Assembly (NCBI GenBank): GCA_965246885.1
Contig: OZ251992.1
Coordinates: 1,568,001-1,632,000, forward strand
DNA: 64,000 nt
Source of the DNA: Abditibacterium sp.
Lineage (GTDB): Bacteria; Armatimonadota; Abditibacteriia; Abditibacteriales; Abditibacteriaceae
Reading direction: 5' to 3'
The notes beneath the pieces are model-generated. The model searched no databases. It was given only the letters and a program-made list of their open reading frames with translations, and had not been told where the DNA came from. The position numbers were made by a program, and so were the translations under genes. Below, one piece after another: positions 19,501-27,978 of the stretch. The number at the start of each line of letters is the position of its first letter. Positions within the stretch are counted from its first letter, which is position 1.

Positions 19501-20240
19501 TTGTTATTGGCGATGGTGACGTTGGTGAGGTTCATCGGCCCCGCGTTCAGGATGCCGCCGCCCGCGCCGCCCGCGCTCGCGGTGTTGCCAGAGATGGTCG
19601 AGGAGTCGGCGTTGAGCGTGCCCGACGAGTTGTAAATGCCGCCGCCAAAACCGCCCGCCGCAGCGCTGTTGCCCGCAACCGTCGAGGAGCGCAAGATGAC
19701 GGTGCCGGAGTTGTTGTAGATACCGCCGCCGCCCGAAGTGGAATCGGCTGTGGTGTTGTTCGAGACCGAGGAGCGCACGAGGGTGAGCGTGCCGGAGTTG
19801 TAAATGCCGCCGCCGCCCGCCGTCGCCGACGAACCGCCCGTGATGGACAGGTCTTCCAAGCGCGCATTCACGCTGGCATCCACTTGAAAGACGCGGCTTA
19901 CATTATTGCCTGATACGGATACCCCGGCGGCGCTACCCTTGATGAGGACGTTTTTGGACAGTTCGAGTTGGGTACCGCTCAGGGTGATGACTTTCGCGGA
20001 CGCGAAGGCCGTCGGGTCGAAGGTGATGGTGGCGCCGGAAGCGGCGGCGTTGGCGGAAGCGATTGCTTCGCGCAGGTTGCAGCCATCGCCGACACCGGCA
20101 GCCGTGCAACTGCCATCACCCGCATCGGAGTTGTTCGTGACAACAAAAGTCGAACCAGCCGCCCGCGCGGGACGAAGCGGCAACAGCGCCCCTGCCGCAC
20201 ACAGCAACAGGGCGCCCCAAGGCAAAGATCGGGATTTCAT
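16050..20240 (-). CDS. Large secreted CSLREA / choice-of-anchor-Q beta-helix protein with three modules and a truncated lamin-tail-like module (gene B)
   Basis: ATG at 20240 with signal peptide; CNLREAI, CSLRQAV and CSLRQAI modules; GGGIYN repeats; DPxLGxLxxNGGPT...DQRG...DIGA. Sequence below about 16255 is chimeric. Confidence 0.88.
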   Translation of the reverse strand: MKSRSLPWGALLLCAAGALLPLRPARAAGSTFVVTNNSDAGDGSCTAAGVGDGCNLREAIASANAAASGATITFDPTAFASAKVITLSGTQLELSKNVLIKGSAAGVSVSGNNVSRVFQVDASVNARLEDLSITGGSSATAGGGGIYNSGTLTLVRSSVSNNTTADSTSGGGGIYNNSGTVILRSSTVAGNSAAAGGFGGGIYNSSGTLNADSSTISGNTASAGGAGGGILNAGPMNLTNVTIANNNAAGGGGGLYNNGATANLLFCTVTGNTANTDNAGGAGGGIVAGGTFNMSNTLVAGNTSPGDTTGPDFSGTVSSGDYNLLQDATGATLSGTHNLTGVDPLIQPLANNGGPVQTVALQSGSPAIDAGDPASTLFADARGRVRPVGAANDIGAYEFGSSAVVQPGPTFTVTNTTDVDGACAAGNCSLRQAVSAANNSFDPPTITFDASAFASAQTITLGGTELALSQAATLIGPGSAKLTVSGNNASRVFNLTADAAYNISGLTITKGNAAGNGGGLDAEGTSGDKHVFLSDVTFSSNTATGAGGGMFLYDGDTITNCTFSGNIAATQGGGLYVQYGTVNISKTTFAGNSTTTGGAGNGGGGIFASNLTLSVDSSTFSGNLAKGAGSGGGIYNQYSNVTVSNSTFSANKCPNGGFGGGIYNSSALNVSDSTLTLNAASIGGSGNGGGGIANDGNNLTLNNTIVGGNLASGGTGPDIKGTVNSGDYNLVKSTSGATLSGTHNVTGKDPKLGALSNNGGPTLTHLPLAGSPAIDVGLTESNVDQRGLARPVGAANDIGAVESGSTKTVQSGPSFVVTNSTDADGACAVGDCSLRQAIRAANHYTSAATISFDPSAFASPQSINLGGTELLVTGSVDIQGTGTAKLTVNGGGLSRVFNLSGTNSGTVVNISDLTITNGSTATYGGGLYNYYQDTTTLNRVVVTGNAVFSSGGGGIYNDQGALTLNACTVSNNTSANNGGGVYNYFYGTLTVNASTLSGNTATSGYGGGIYAAGNVTLNNTTVNGNAATNGDSGGVFVAGVVAINNCTITENAASNGYSGGGIYQANYLTLTNSIVANNTASASGADIEGTVQAGDYNLVRDITDATLSGTHNVTGQDPLLGALADNGGPTQTQLLLAGSPAANAGNPTFDATATPYDQRGVGHPRVIGGIVDIGAIESPAIPPAISGALISQYRLTGPGGNSDQFIELCNTTGGALNLTGWQVLGGASAPIAITGNIPARGHLLLTNSGGYSLGVAGDVTYTGDLPSDGGLTLQNAGGTVVDTVGASPIPPNATDQYAYVRRLESGAPSNTGNTTTDFNLVDTSATSSIGRDVAGVAQVGGSGPAQRIPARIGQQQVPPRRNDPAQRNGHAPRHYAPTAHVHRRARCIGQLDELVP
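16256..16365 (+). repeat. 110-bp direct repeat, partner at 22085-22194
   Basis: TGCTACTGGTGGCGCTGG...GGTCAGTCGCG is identical at both sites by eye. Confidence 0.9.
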
Positions 20241-20280
20241 GAGAAGACGCCGGGCCTTCTTGCCCGCGCGCCACACATGT

Positions 20281-20400
20281 TAACAGATGCATCCAATCAA
20301 TTCCAGAGGTGTGAAGGTAAATTTTTTAACATTTACGCCTCTTTTTTGGTAAAATATAATTAATTAAGGAACATCCCTCATTCAACGTTGTCAAGAGTGG
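20281..20400 (-). promoter_or_regulatory. AT-rich promoter region of gene B containing a GTAAAT-N8-ATTTAC inverted repeat (20317-20336)
   Basis: Strongly AT-rich patch in a GC-rich window; the operator role is an inference. Confidence 0.45.
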
Positions 20401-20418
20401 CAGTTAACCCTTTTGCCG

Positions 20419-20607
20419 TCCGTCTGGCACACCGCGCCAGACGCCGGTGACGCGACGACAGACATCCGGCGGCTAATGACAGAGGGCGGCGGAACAATGA
20501 CGGACGTCTGTCGCGGAGTCACCGGCGTCTGGCGCCCAGTCGCAGAGGGCGGCGAACGAACGCCCGCCCTCCGAAAGTGGAGGGCATAGGGCGGTGACGC
20601 GAAGTTA
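20419..20607. repeat. About 9 x 21-bp highly degenerate tandem units abutting the SDR stop codon
   Basis: GACGCCGGTGACGCGACGACA, GACATCCGGCGGCTAATGACA, GAGGGCGGCGGAACAATGACG, GACGTCTGTCGCGGAGTCACC, GGCGTCTGGCGCCCAGTCGCA, GAGGGCGGCGAACGAACGCCC. Confidence 0.75.
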
Positions 20608-21366
20608 AAGGCGCGCGAGGCGTCCAGCGTCAACGGTTAGAGTGGTGCCGGTGATAAACGCGGCGCCATCGGAGGCAAGATAGCAAATGGCGTCGGCGAT
20701 GCCTCCGGCGGGAATGACGGTGCCTTCCAGCTTTTCGGCGCCCGATTGCAAATTGGGGTTGCTCCACAAAAGCGGCGTGTCAACGGCGCCGGGGGCGACA
20801 GCGTTGACGCGCACGCTTTGCGTTTCGACTTCGAGGGCGAGAGCGCGCGTGAACGCTTCAAGTCCGCCTTTGCTCGCGGCGTAAGCGGACACGTTGCGCG
20901 TGGTGGCTTGGGCATGAACGCTGGACACGTTGATGACCGCGCCGCCGCGCCGCCCGTTGGCGCGCTTCATGTGCGGCACAGCGTATTTGCAAAACAGGAA
21001 GGCCGCGCGCAGGTTGACATCCATCACAGTGTCCCAGTCGTCCTCGGACAAGGCAACGACGGGAGCAAAACGCATGGTTCCGGCGTTATTGACGAGGGTG
21101 TCGAGGCGCCCCCATAGCTCTACGACGCGATTGACCGCACCCTGCACGTCGGCGCTTTGCGACACATCAGCGCAGAGAAACACGCCCTGTCCGCCTTCTT
21201 TGGTGAGCAGTTCGAGGGTTTGCGCGCCGGTTTCGCGGTCGTTGTCCACGATGGCCACGCGCGCGCCCTCGCGGGCCAGTTGTAAGGCCGTCGCGCGCCC
21301 AATACCCGACCCGGCGCCCGTCACGAGGGCGATTGATCCCTTGAATCGCATGAAATTCTGCTCCAT
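20605..21366 (-). CDS. SDR family oxidoreductase
   Basis: TGAGSGIG, NNAG and YAASK motifs. Confidence 0.93.
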   Translation of the reverse strand: MEQNFMRFKGSIALVTGAGSGIGRATALQLAREGARVAIVDNDRETGAQTLELLTKEGGQGVFLCADVSQSADVQGAVNRVVELWGRLDTLVNNAGTMRFAPVVALSEDDWDTVMDVNLRAAFLFCKYAVPHMKRANGRRGGAVINVSSVHAQATTRNVSAYAASKGGLEAFTRALALEVETQSVRVNAVAPGAVDTPLLWSNPNLQSGAEKLEGTVIPAGGIADAICYLASDGAAFITGTTLTVDAGRLARL

Positions 21367-21512
21367 GATGTCGTTGATGAGTTCTATCTCTTCTCCTAAC
21401 GAGCAAGGGAAACGCCATTCAACGGGATTTCCCTTATAGTGAACGTCTTATCAGTCATCAGAGACTTCATTCTTTGGATTAAATTTGGGTAAAGGTTCCC
21501 TATCCTGCTGCC

Positions 21513-23522
21513 TCAGGGCAGGACTTCGGCGTCCACAACGATGCGGAATTGGCCTTCGGCTTGGATGCCGAAGAGGAACTCGACGTTCACGCTCGCACCC
21601 GCCGCGAGGGTGCCGCCGGGAAGCGGCACCGTCCAACCCGCGTTGAGGCCGCCGCCGTTGCCGCTCGAAGCGGCGGAAAGCGGCGCTTCCGTCGGCGTGG
21701 TGGGCGCGTCCAAGGTCATGCCGTAAGCGGCGCGCTGGATGACGTGGCTGGCATCGTAGTAGCGCACCCCGCCCGACGAGATGGCGCGCAAATCCGCCAC
21801 GCCCGAAGCCGTGCTCCCGCCAGAGGTCGCGCCCACGATGCGAAAGCGCAACTTGGACACGCTCGCGCCGGTGGTGTTGGTGATGGTGCGGCGGATGCTG
21901 AGGCGGCCTTGAGGATCAATGGCGCTGCCCTTGCTGGGGTAGCGCGCAATCGAGTAGACGCCGGGGATGTTCATCGCTTTGTTGCTGATGCCGTCGTTGC
22001 GCTGAACCGTGCTCGCGGCGTTGTGCGGGTTCGGGCTGCCCAAGCGCGCGCCGCCGAGAGCGCCCACACCGCTTGCGCCGACCGTGCTACTGGTGGCGCT
22101 GGTGTCCACGAGGTTGAAGTCCGTCGTGGTGTTGCCCGTGTTGGACGGGGCGCCGCTTTCGAGGCGCCGCACGTAGGCATATTGGTCAGTCGCGCTCGCA
22201 GGCGAGGCGATGGGCGCCGAAACGGTGTCCACGACGGTGCCCCCGGCGTTTTTCAAGCAAAGCGAGGAGCCGGTCGGGATGTCGCCGGAGTAGCTCAGGT
22301 CGGCGGGAGCGGCCCCGCCCAAAGAATACCCGCCCGCATTGGCCAGCAACAGGTGCCCCCTCGCCGCAATGACCCCGCTCAGCGGAACGGTCACGCCCCC
22401 CGCCACTACGCTCCAACCGCTCACGTCCACAGACGCGCCCGTTGCATTGGCCAGCTCGATGAACTCGTCCCCTAACCCACCCGGCCCGCTCAAACGAAAC
22501 TCACTAAAAAGCGCACTGGGCGCAACCGGGGCCGCGACGTTGAGTGGCGCGGTTGCGCTCGCCGTTTTTGCACCGCCCACGCCGGTGTTGCCCAAATCAT
22601 TGATGCCCAGCGTAAGAGTGTCGGGGCCGGTGTAGCCGGTGGCGGGGGTGTACGTCAGGCCATCTAACGCGGCGTTGGCCGCTCCACCGGGGATGTCGTT
22701 GCCTTGCGCGTCTTTGGCGACGGTAACGGTGCCCCGAAAAACTATCGAAGTGTCGCCCGTCCCGGTGCCCTGCGAAAACGTGAGGCCCGCTTTGCCGTTG
22801 AGGGTGAGGGTGCCGTGTAGCACGCTCAGGCTCACTTCTTCGGGTTGCCCGGAATCGTCCGCATCGGCGACGCCCATTTGGTTGTTCGTTCCCGCCGAGA
22901 AGACGAAAGGCGTGTTCAGAGTCACATTTTGTGTCACGGCGCTGCCGTTGCCATCGGTGGGAACAACGGCGATGGGCGCGTTGTTGGTGGCTGTGATGCT
23001 GACGGTTGTGGTGGCGGTGGCGGAGTTAGCGCCATCGAAATCCTGCACAACAACGGTGATGACGCGCGGCGTGGTGTTGGGGTTGGTGCTGGAGTTGGCG
23101 TAGCGCACGGTGCGAAGCACCTGTTGAAAATTGGCCACCGACTCGCCGCCACGCAGATACAGTTCGCCCGTTGTCTTGTCGTAGCCCGTCGTGGTGATGG
23201 TGGTGCCACCCGTCAACGCGCTCAATGATTCTGACGCGCCGTTGAGTGGATTTGTGAGCGTCACGGTCATCGAGTAGATGTTGTATGGCGTGGTGCCGTC
23301 ATCGCTGATGGTGCCTGCAGTCGCGATGAGCGGGCGCCGTTGGGCGGCGGGAGCGCCTTCGGTGTAGGCTGCCGTGTTGTCTATCCCCGCGCCGGGGCCG
23401 TTCAGGTCAACGACGGGCGGCTGATTCGCGTGCGCGCCAACGGCGGCGCCGACCAAAGTTCCCATCATTGCCATCAACAGCGCGCAACGGCGCGCGATGG
23501 GCTTGCATGAAAGCGATTGCAT
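21513..23522 (-). CDS. Secreted cadherin/Ig-like repeat protein with the complete lamin-tail-like and C-terminal module (gene C)
   Basis: ATG at 23522, signal peptide, NQPPVVDLNG and NNAP repeats, LTYTPATGYTG.DTL, C-terminus GRLSIRRTITNTTG...VVDAEVLP. Confidence 0.85.
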   Translation of the reverse strand: MQSLSCKPIARRCALLMAMMGTLVGAAVGAHANQPPVVDLNGPGAGIDNTAAYTEGAPAAQRRPLIATAGTISDDGTTPYNIYSMTVTLTNPLNGASESLSALTGGTTITTTGYDKTTGELYLRGGESVANFQQVLRTVRYANSSTNPNTTPRVITVVVQDFDGANSATATTTVSITATNNAPIAVVPTDGNGSAVTQNVTLNTPFVFSAGTNNQMGVADADDSGQPEEVSLSVLHGTLTLNGKAGLTFSQGTGTGDTSIVFRGTVTVAKDAQGNDIPGGAANAALDGLTYTPATGYTGPDTLTLGINDLGNTGVGGAKTASATAPLNVAAPVAPSALFSEFRLSGPGGLGDEFIELANATGASVDVSGWSVVAGGVTVPLSGVIAARGHLLLANAGGYSLGGAAPADLSYSGDIPTGSSLCLKNAGGTVVDTVSAPIASPASATDQYAYVRRLESGAPSNTGNTTTDFNLVDTSATSSTVGASGVGALGGARLGSPNPHNAASTVQRNDGISNKAMNIPGVYSIARYPSKGSAIDPQGRLSIRRTITNTTGASVSKLRFRIVGATSGGSTASGVADLRAISSGGVRYYDASHVIQRAAYGMTLDAPTTPTEAPLSAASSGNGGGLNAGWTVPLPGGTLAAGASVNVEFLFGIQAEGQFRIVVDAEVLP

Positions 23523-23624
23523 AATTTCATTGCAAGGAGCACAGCCCCTCGCCAATTCGCTAGGATTTTAACCAATTCTGCCCTGCGCGTCACCCCACGC
23601 CAAGGGCATAAACACCGAGCCGGT

Positions 23625-25496
23625 CTACTCCACTGTCACGCTCTTGGCGAGGTTGCGGGGTTGGTCTACGTCGTGGCCGCGTAGGAGGGCGATGTGATAC
23701 GCGAGCAGTTGGAGCGGGAGGGCGACGATGAAGGGCGTGAAAGACTCGGTGAGTTCGGGGACGCGCAGGACATAGTCGGCGTTGGCGGCGATGTGGGCGT
23801 CACCCTTGCCCGCGATGGCGATGAGCTTGCCTTTGCGCGCGCGCACCTCCTGCATGTTGGAAAGCATCTTCTCGTGGGTGTGGCCTTGGGTGGCGATGGC
23901 GAAGACGGGCATCAGTTCGTCTATGAGCGCGATGGGGCCGTGCTTGAGTTCGCCCGCGCTGTAGCCTTCGGCGTGGATGTAGGAGATTTCTTTCAGTTTC
24001 AGGGCGCCTTCGAGGGCGGATGGGGTGCCGAAGTTGCGCCCGATGAACAGGGCGTGGGCACACGCCCAGAAGCGGCCCGCGACGCGCTCGATTTCGGAAG
24101 TGTCGGCGAGGATTTCGCGCATGACGGCGGGCAGTTCGGCGAATTTGTCGAGACGGCGCTTCATGCGAGCGGCGTCTATCTGGCCGTGAACGCGGCCCAA
24201 GTGGAGCGAGAGGAGATACAGCGCGCCCAACTGCCCGATGAACGCTTTGGTAGAAGCCACACTGATTTCAGGGCCAGCGTTGGTGTAAATCACGCCGTCC
24301 GACGCGCGCACGATGCTGGACGCGGGCATATTCACGACGCTGATAACCTTCAAGCCGCGCTCGCGCGCTTCTTGCACGCCCGCGAGGGTGTCGGCGGTTT
24401 CGCCGGACTGGGAGATGGCGATAACCAGCGTGCCCTCGCCCAAGATGGCGCCCTTGGCGTGGTCGGCGACGTTGCGGTAGCGGAATTCGCTGCTGGTATC
24501 CACATCCACCGAGATAAGACCGAGCCGCTCGATGAGTAGCTTGCCGACAAGTCCGGCGTGCCAACTGGTGCCACACGCTTGGATGAAGATGCGCCGCACG
24601 CTCCGCAGTTCGTCGTCGCTCAGGCCAATGTCGGGCAGAATCACCGTTTCGCGGGCCGCGTCGGTGTAGCGGGCGAGGAGGCGCTCGATGACTTCGGGCT
24701 GCTCGTGGATTTCCTTGAGCATATAGTGCGGCCAGTCGCCCAGTTCCGTTGAGTCGGGGTTCCATTCGAGGCGCTCGACTTTGTGCGCGCGCGCGGCGCC
24801 GTCGGCGAGGTCGAACACTTCGACGGAGTTCGGCTGAAGGACGGCCAACTCGCCGTTGCCCAGAAACACGATGTCGCGCGTCCATTTCAAGATGGCGAGC
24901 GGGTCGGACGCGCAAAAGTTCTCGCCGTCGCCGATACCAACGACAAGCGGCGAGGTTTGGCGCACCGCGACAACCGTATCGGGGAAGTCGGCGTGCATGA
25001 CCGCGAGGGCGTAAGCGCCGCGCACGCCGCGCAAGGCGCTCCGAATGGCGCCGACGAGATCGCCGGGGTGTTCGTCGTAGGCGCGGTGGATGAGGTTGGG
25101 CAACACCTCGGTATCGGTCTGCGAGTGGAAGGCAACGCCCTCACGTTCGAGCGCGGCGCGGATTTCGGCGTAGTTCTCGATGATGCCGTTGTGAACCACG
25201 AAGACGGTGCCCGTCGCGTCGGCGTGTGGGTGGCAGTTGGTTTCGGAGGGGCGCCCGTGCGTGGCCCAGCGCGTATGGCCGATTCCGACGGTGCCTTCAA
25301 GCGGCGCGTTTTTAAGGGAAGACGCGAGGTTTTCTAACTTGCCGACGGCGCGGCGCAGTTCGATGCCACTGCCCGCCGCGCCGCCCGCAATGGACACGCC
25401 CGCCGAGTCGTAGCCGCGATATTCCAATTTCGACAGGCCGCCCAATAAAACGGGCGCGGCGCTTTGAGTTCCAACGTATCCAACGATTCCACACAT
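23625..25496 (-). CDS. glmS: Glutamine--fructose-6-phosphate transaminase
   Basis: MCGIVG, GHTRWATHG, SQSGETADT and PRNLAKSVTVE motifs. Confidence 0.98.
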   Translation of the reverse strand: MCGIVGYVGTQSAAPVLLGGLSKLEYRGYDSAGVSIAGGAAGSGIELRRAVGKLENLASSLKNAPLEGTVGIGHTRWATHGRPSETNCHPHADATGTVFVVHNGIIENYAEIRAALEREGVAFHSQTDTEVLPNLIHRAYDEHPGDLVGAIRSALRGVRGAYALAVMHADFPDTVVAVRQTSPLVVGIGDGENFCASDPLAILKWTRDIVFLGNGELAVLQPNSVEVFDLADGAARAHKVERLEWNPDSTELGDWPHYMLKEIHEQPEVIERLLARYTDAARETVILPDIGLSDDELRSVRRIFIQACGTSWHAGLVGKLLIERLGLISVDVDTSSEFRYRNVADHAKGAILGEGTLVIAISQSGETADTLAGVQEARERGLKVISVVNMPASSIVRASDGVIYTNAGPEISVASTKAFIGQLGALYLLSLHLGRVHGQIDAARMKRRLDKFAELPAVMREILADTSEIERVAGRFWACAHALFIGRNFGTPSALEGALKLKEISYIHAEGYSAGELKHGPIALIDELMPVFAIATQGHTHEKMLSNMQEVRARKGKLIAIAGKGDAHIAANADYVLRVPELTESFTPFIVALPLQLLAYHIALLRGHDVDQPRNLAKSVTVE

Positions 25497-25514
25497 GACG
25501 CTTCCCAGTTTGCC

Positions 25515-26444
25515 CTAATCGCCCAACTTGGCCCGCTTCAACGCCGCGACGCCATCCAACAAGCGCGGGCCGGGACGGAGCAACAAGTCGCCGTCCACCA
25601 CGATGACGCGCCCCGCCCGCACGCAGGCGAGCTTGGAAAAGCCCGCGTCGGCGCGCAGCGACGCGAGTATCTGGGCGCGCGGCTTCTTGGAAGGAACAAT
25701 GATGGCGTCGGGCTGGTGCACGAGCAGCGATTCAACGTTGACCTTCTTGTAGCCATCTATCCTTAAGGCGTCGGCGATATTGGCGTAGCCCGCGTGTCGC
25801 GCGGCGTCGGCGACGAGCGTGCCGCGTCCGGCAATCCAATCGGGCGTGTCTCCCGTTTGAATCAGCGCCGTCGCTTTGACGGGCGGGAGCGGGAGGGTGA
25901 ACTGCTTCGCCAAGGCCGCCGCTTCTTTGGGCTTGTTAATCCAACCGCCCAATTTTGTGAAGTCGCCCGCGAGCGAGGCGAAATTCGTCGTCGTGAGCGC
26001 CGCGACGGGGACGCCGATTTTGCTTTGCCACCCCTCGAAGCGCGCGCGGTTGGAGGTTTCGCCCTGCACCACGACCAAATCGGGGCGGAGCGCAAGGCAC
26101 TGCTCGACGTTTGGCCCATTATAATCGCCGCCAACCGCGACCTTCTTCGCGCTCGCAGGGAAGTCCGCGTAGCTGTCGCGCCCGACGAGTTGCGACGCGG
26201 CGCCAAGGTCAAACATCGTCTCGACCGCGCCCGGCCCGATGACGACGACGCGCTGGGCGGGGCCGCGCAAGGCGACGCGACGCCCCAAGTCGTCGGCGGG
26301 AAAAATGGGAACGTCGGGGTCTTGCTTGTACTGCGCCCTGCCAATGCCTTTTTGCTTAAGTCCGTTGGAGGGCGCGGGGGCGTGCGCGCAACCCGCAAGA
26401 ATGAACGGCGCGAGGAGAATAGGGGCAAGGCGGCGGGGGAACAT
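25515..26444 (-). CDS. Helical-backbone ABC substrate-binding lipoprotein (BtuF/iron-siderophore type)
   Basis: ATG at 26444 with lipobox LAGC; DDLGRRV.L..PAQRVV and LLRPGPRL motifs. The longer track ORF is an antisense shadow of lpdA. Confidence 0.85.
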   Translation of the reverse strand: MFPRRLAPILLAPFILAGCAHAPAPSNGLKQKGIGRAQYKQDPDVPIFPADDLGRRVALRGPAQRVVVIGPGAVETMFDLGAASQLVGRDSYADFPASAKKVAVGGDYNGPNVEQCLALRPDLVVVQGETSNRARFEGWQSKIGVPVAALTTTNFASLAGDFTKLGGWINKPKEAAALAKQFTLPLPPVKATALIQTGDTPDWIAGRGTLVADAARHAGYANIADALRIDGYKKVNVESLLVHQPDAIIVPSKKPRAQILASLRADAGFSKLACVRAGRVIVVDGDLLLRPGPRLLDGVAALKRAKLGD

Positions 26445-26591
26445 TGTGGGGCTTAAGTTTGGGGGCTTTGTTTGGAGTGCGCCCGTCAGGGCGTTGTGTT
26501 CCTCGCCCTGATGAGCGCACTCCAAACAAAGGTTGCTTCCACAAGCATCCGCACGGCGCGCGTTTACACTGGCGGGCGTCCATCTAAAGCC

Positions 26592-27962
26592 ATGAAACAC
26601 GATTTGCTGATTATTGGCGCTGGCCCCGGCGGGTATATCGCCGCCATCCGCGCCGCGCAGTTGGGATTGAACGTCGGGTGCATCGAGAAAGAGCCGCGCT
26701 TGGGCGGCACCTGCCTGCGCGTCGGATGTATCCCCTCCAAAGCCCTGCTGGAGTCCAGCGAGAAGTATTTGGAGACCCAAAAGACCCTCGCTGCGCACGG
26801 CATCAACGTCGCGGGCGTGAGCCTCGATTTGGGCGTGATGCAAACCCGCAAAGACGGCGTGGTGAAGTCCCTCACCGACGGCGTGGCGTTTCTCTTTAAG
26901 AAGAACAAAATCACCCGCTACGAAGGCAGCGCCAGTTTCGTTTCCAAAAACAGCGTCAAAGTCGGAGACGAAACGGTTGAAGCCGAGCGCATCCTCATCG
27001 CAACCGGCAGCAAAGCCGCGCCCCTTCCCGGCATCGAGTTCGACTATGACCGCGTCGGGACTTCCACTGAAGCCCTGTCTTATCCCGAAGTGCCGGAGCA
27101 TTTGGTCATCATCGGCGCGGGCTATATCGGCCTCGAAATCGGCAGCGTGTGGAAGCGGCTGGGCGCGCGCGTCACCGTGCTGGAATATCTGCCCATCATC
27201 CTGCCCGGAATGGATGGCGAGATACGGGACGAGGCGTTCAAGATACTCAAAAAGCAGGGCTTGGAGTTTCGCTTGGGCACGAAAGTCATTGGCGCGAGGG
27301 CAACCGAAGGCGGCGCTGTCGTCGAGATAGAAGGCGGCGAACCCATCACGTGCGACCGGGTCTTAGTCGCGGCAGGGCGCCTGCCCAACACCGACGGGTT
27401 GGAGTTGGAAAAAGCCGGTTTGGGCACCGACTCCAAGGGCCGCATCGAAGTGGACGCGCATTATCGCACCAAAGTCGAGGGCATCTACGCCATCGGCGAC
27501 GTGATCGCTGGCCCGATGCTCGCGCACAAGGCCGAGGAAGAGGGCGTCGCGTGCGTCGAGGGCATCGTGACGGGCTACGGCCACGTTAACTACGACGCCA
27601 TCCCCGCCGTCGCTTACACCGACCCCGAAATCGCAGGCGTGGGCAAAACCGAAGAGCAACTCCAAGAAGCGGGCGTCGCTTACAAAAAGGGCGTTTTCCC
27701 CTTCATGGCCAACGGACGCGCCAAAGCCATCGCGCACACCGAAGGCAAAGTCAAAATCCTCGCCGACGCGCAAACCGACCGCATCTTGGGCGTCCATATC
27801 ATCGGCCCGCACGCGGGCGATCTCATCGCCGAAGCCGTCGCCGCCATCGAATTTGGCGCGAGCGCCGAAGATTTACGCCGCACCAGCCACGCCCACCCGA
27901 CTTTGGCCGAGTGTCTCAAAGAAGCGGCCTTCGCCGTCGAAGGCGCCGCGCTGAGTTTGTAA
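26592..27962 (+). CDS. lpdA: Dihydrolipoyl dehydrogenase
   Basis: GAGPGGY, GGTCLRVGCIPSK and HAHPTLAE motifs. Confidence 0.97.
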   Translation: MKHDLLIIGAGPGGYIAAIRAAQLGLNVGCIEKEPRLGGTCLRVGCIPSKALLESSEKYLETQKTLAAHGINVAGVSLDLGVMQTRKDGVVKSLTDGVAFLFKKNKITRYEGSASFVSKNSVKVGDETVEAERILIATGSKAAPLPGIEFDYDRVGTSTEALSYPEVPEHLVIIGAGYIGLEIGSVWKRLGARVTVLEYLPIILPGMDGEIRDEAFKILKKQGLEFRLGTKVIGARATEGGAVVEIEGGEPITCDRVLVAAGRLPNTDGLELEKAGLGTDSKGRIEVDAHYRTKVEGIYAIGDVIAGPMLAHKAEEEGVACVEGIVTGYGHVNYDAIPAVAYTDPEIAGVGKTEEQLQEAGVAYKKGVFPFMANGRAKAIAHTEGKVKILADAQTDRILGVHIIGPHAGDLIAEAVAAIEFGASAEDLRRTSHAHPTLAECLKEAAFAVEGAALSL

Positions 27963-27978
27963 ATCACTTGCCCCGGCC

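Noticed and set aside
26445..26591. Cobalamin riboswitch before the BtuF-like gene
   Set aside because: Short intergenic region with no recognisable B12-box.
26445..27101. N-terminal extension of the ABC binding protein in the ORF track
   Set aside because: Antisense to lpdA; the lipobox supports a start at 26444.
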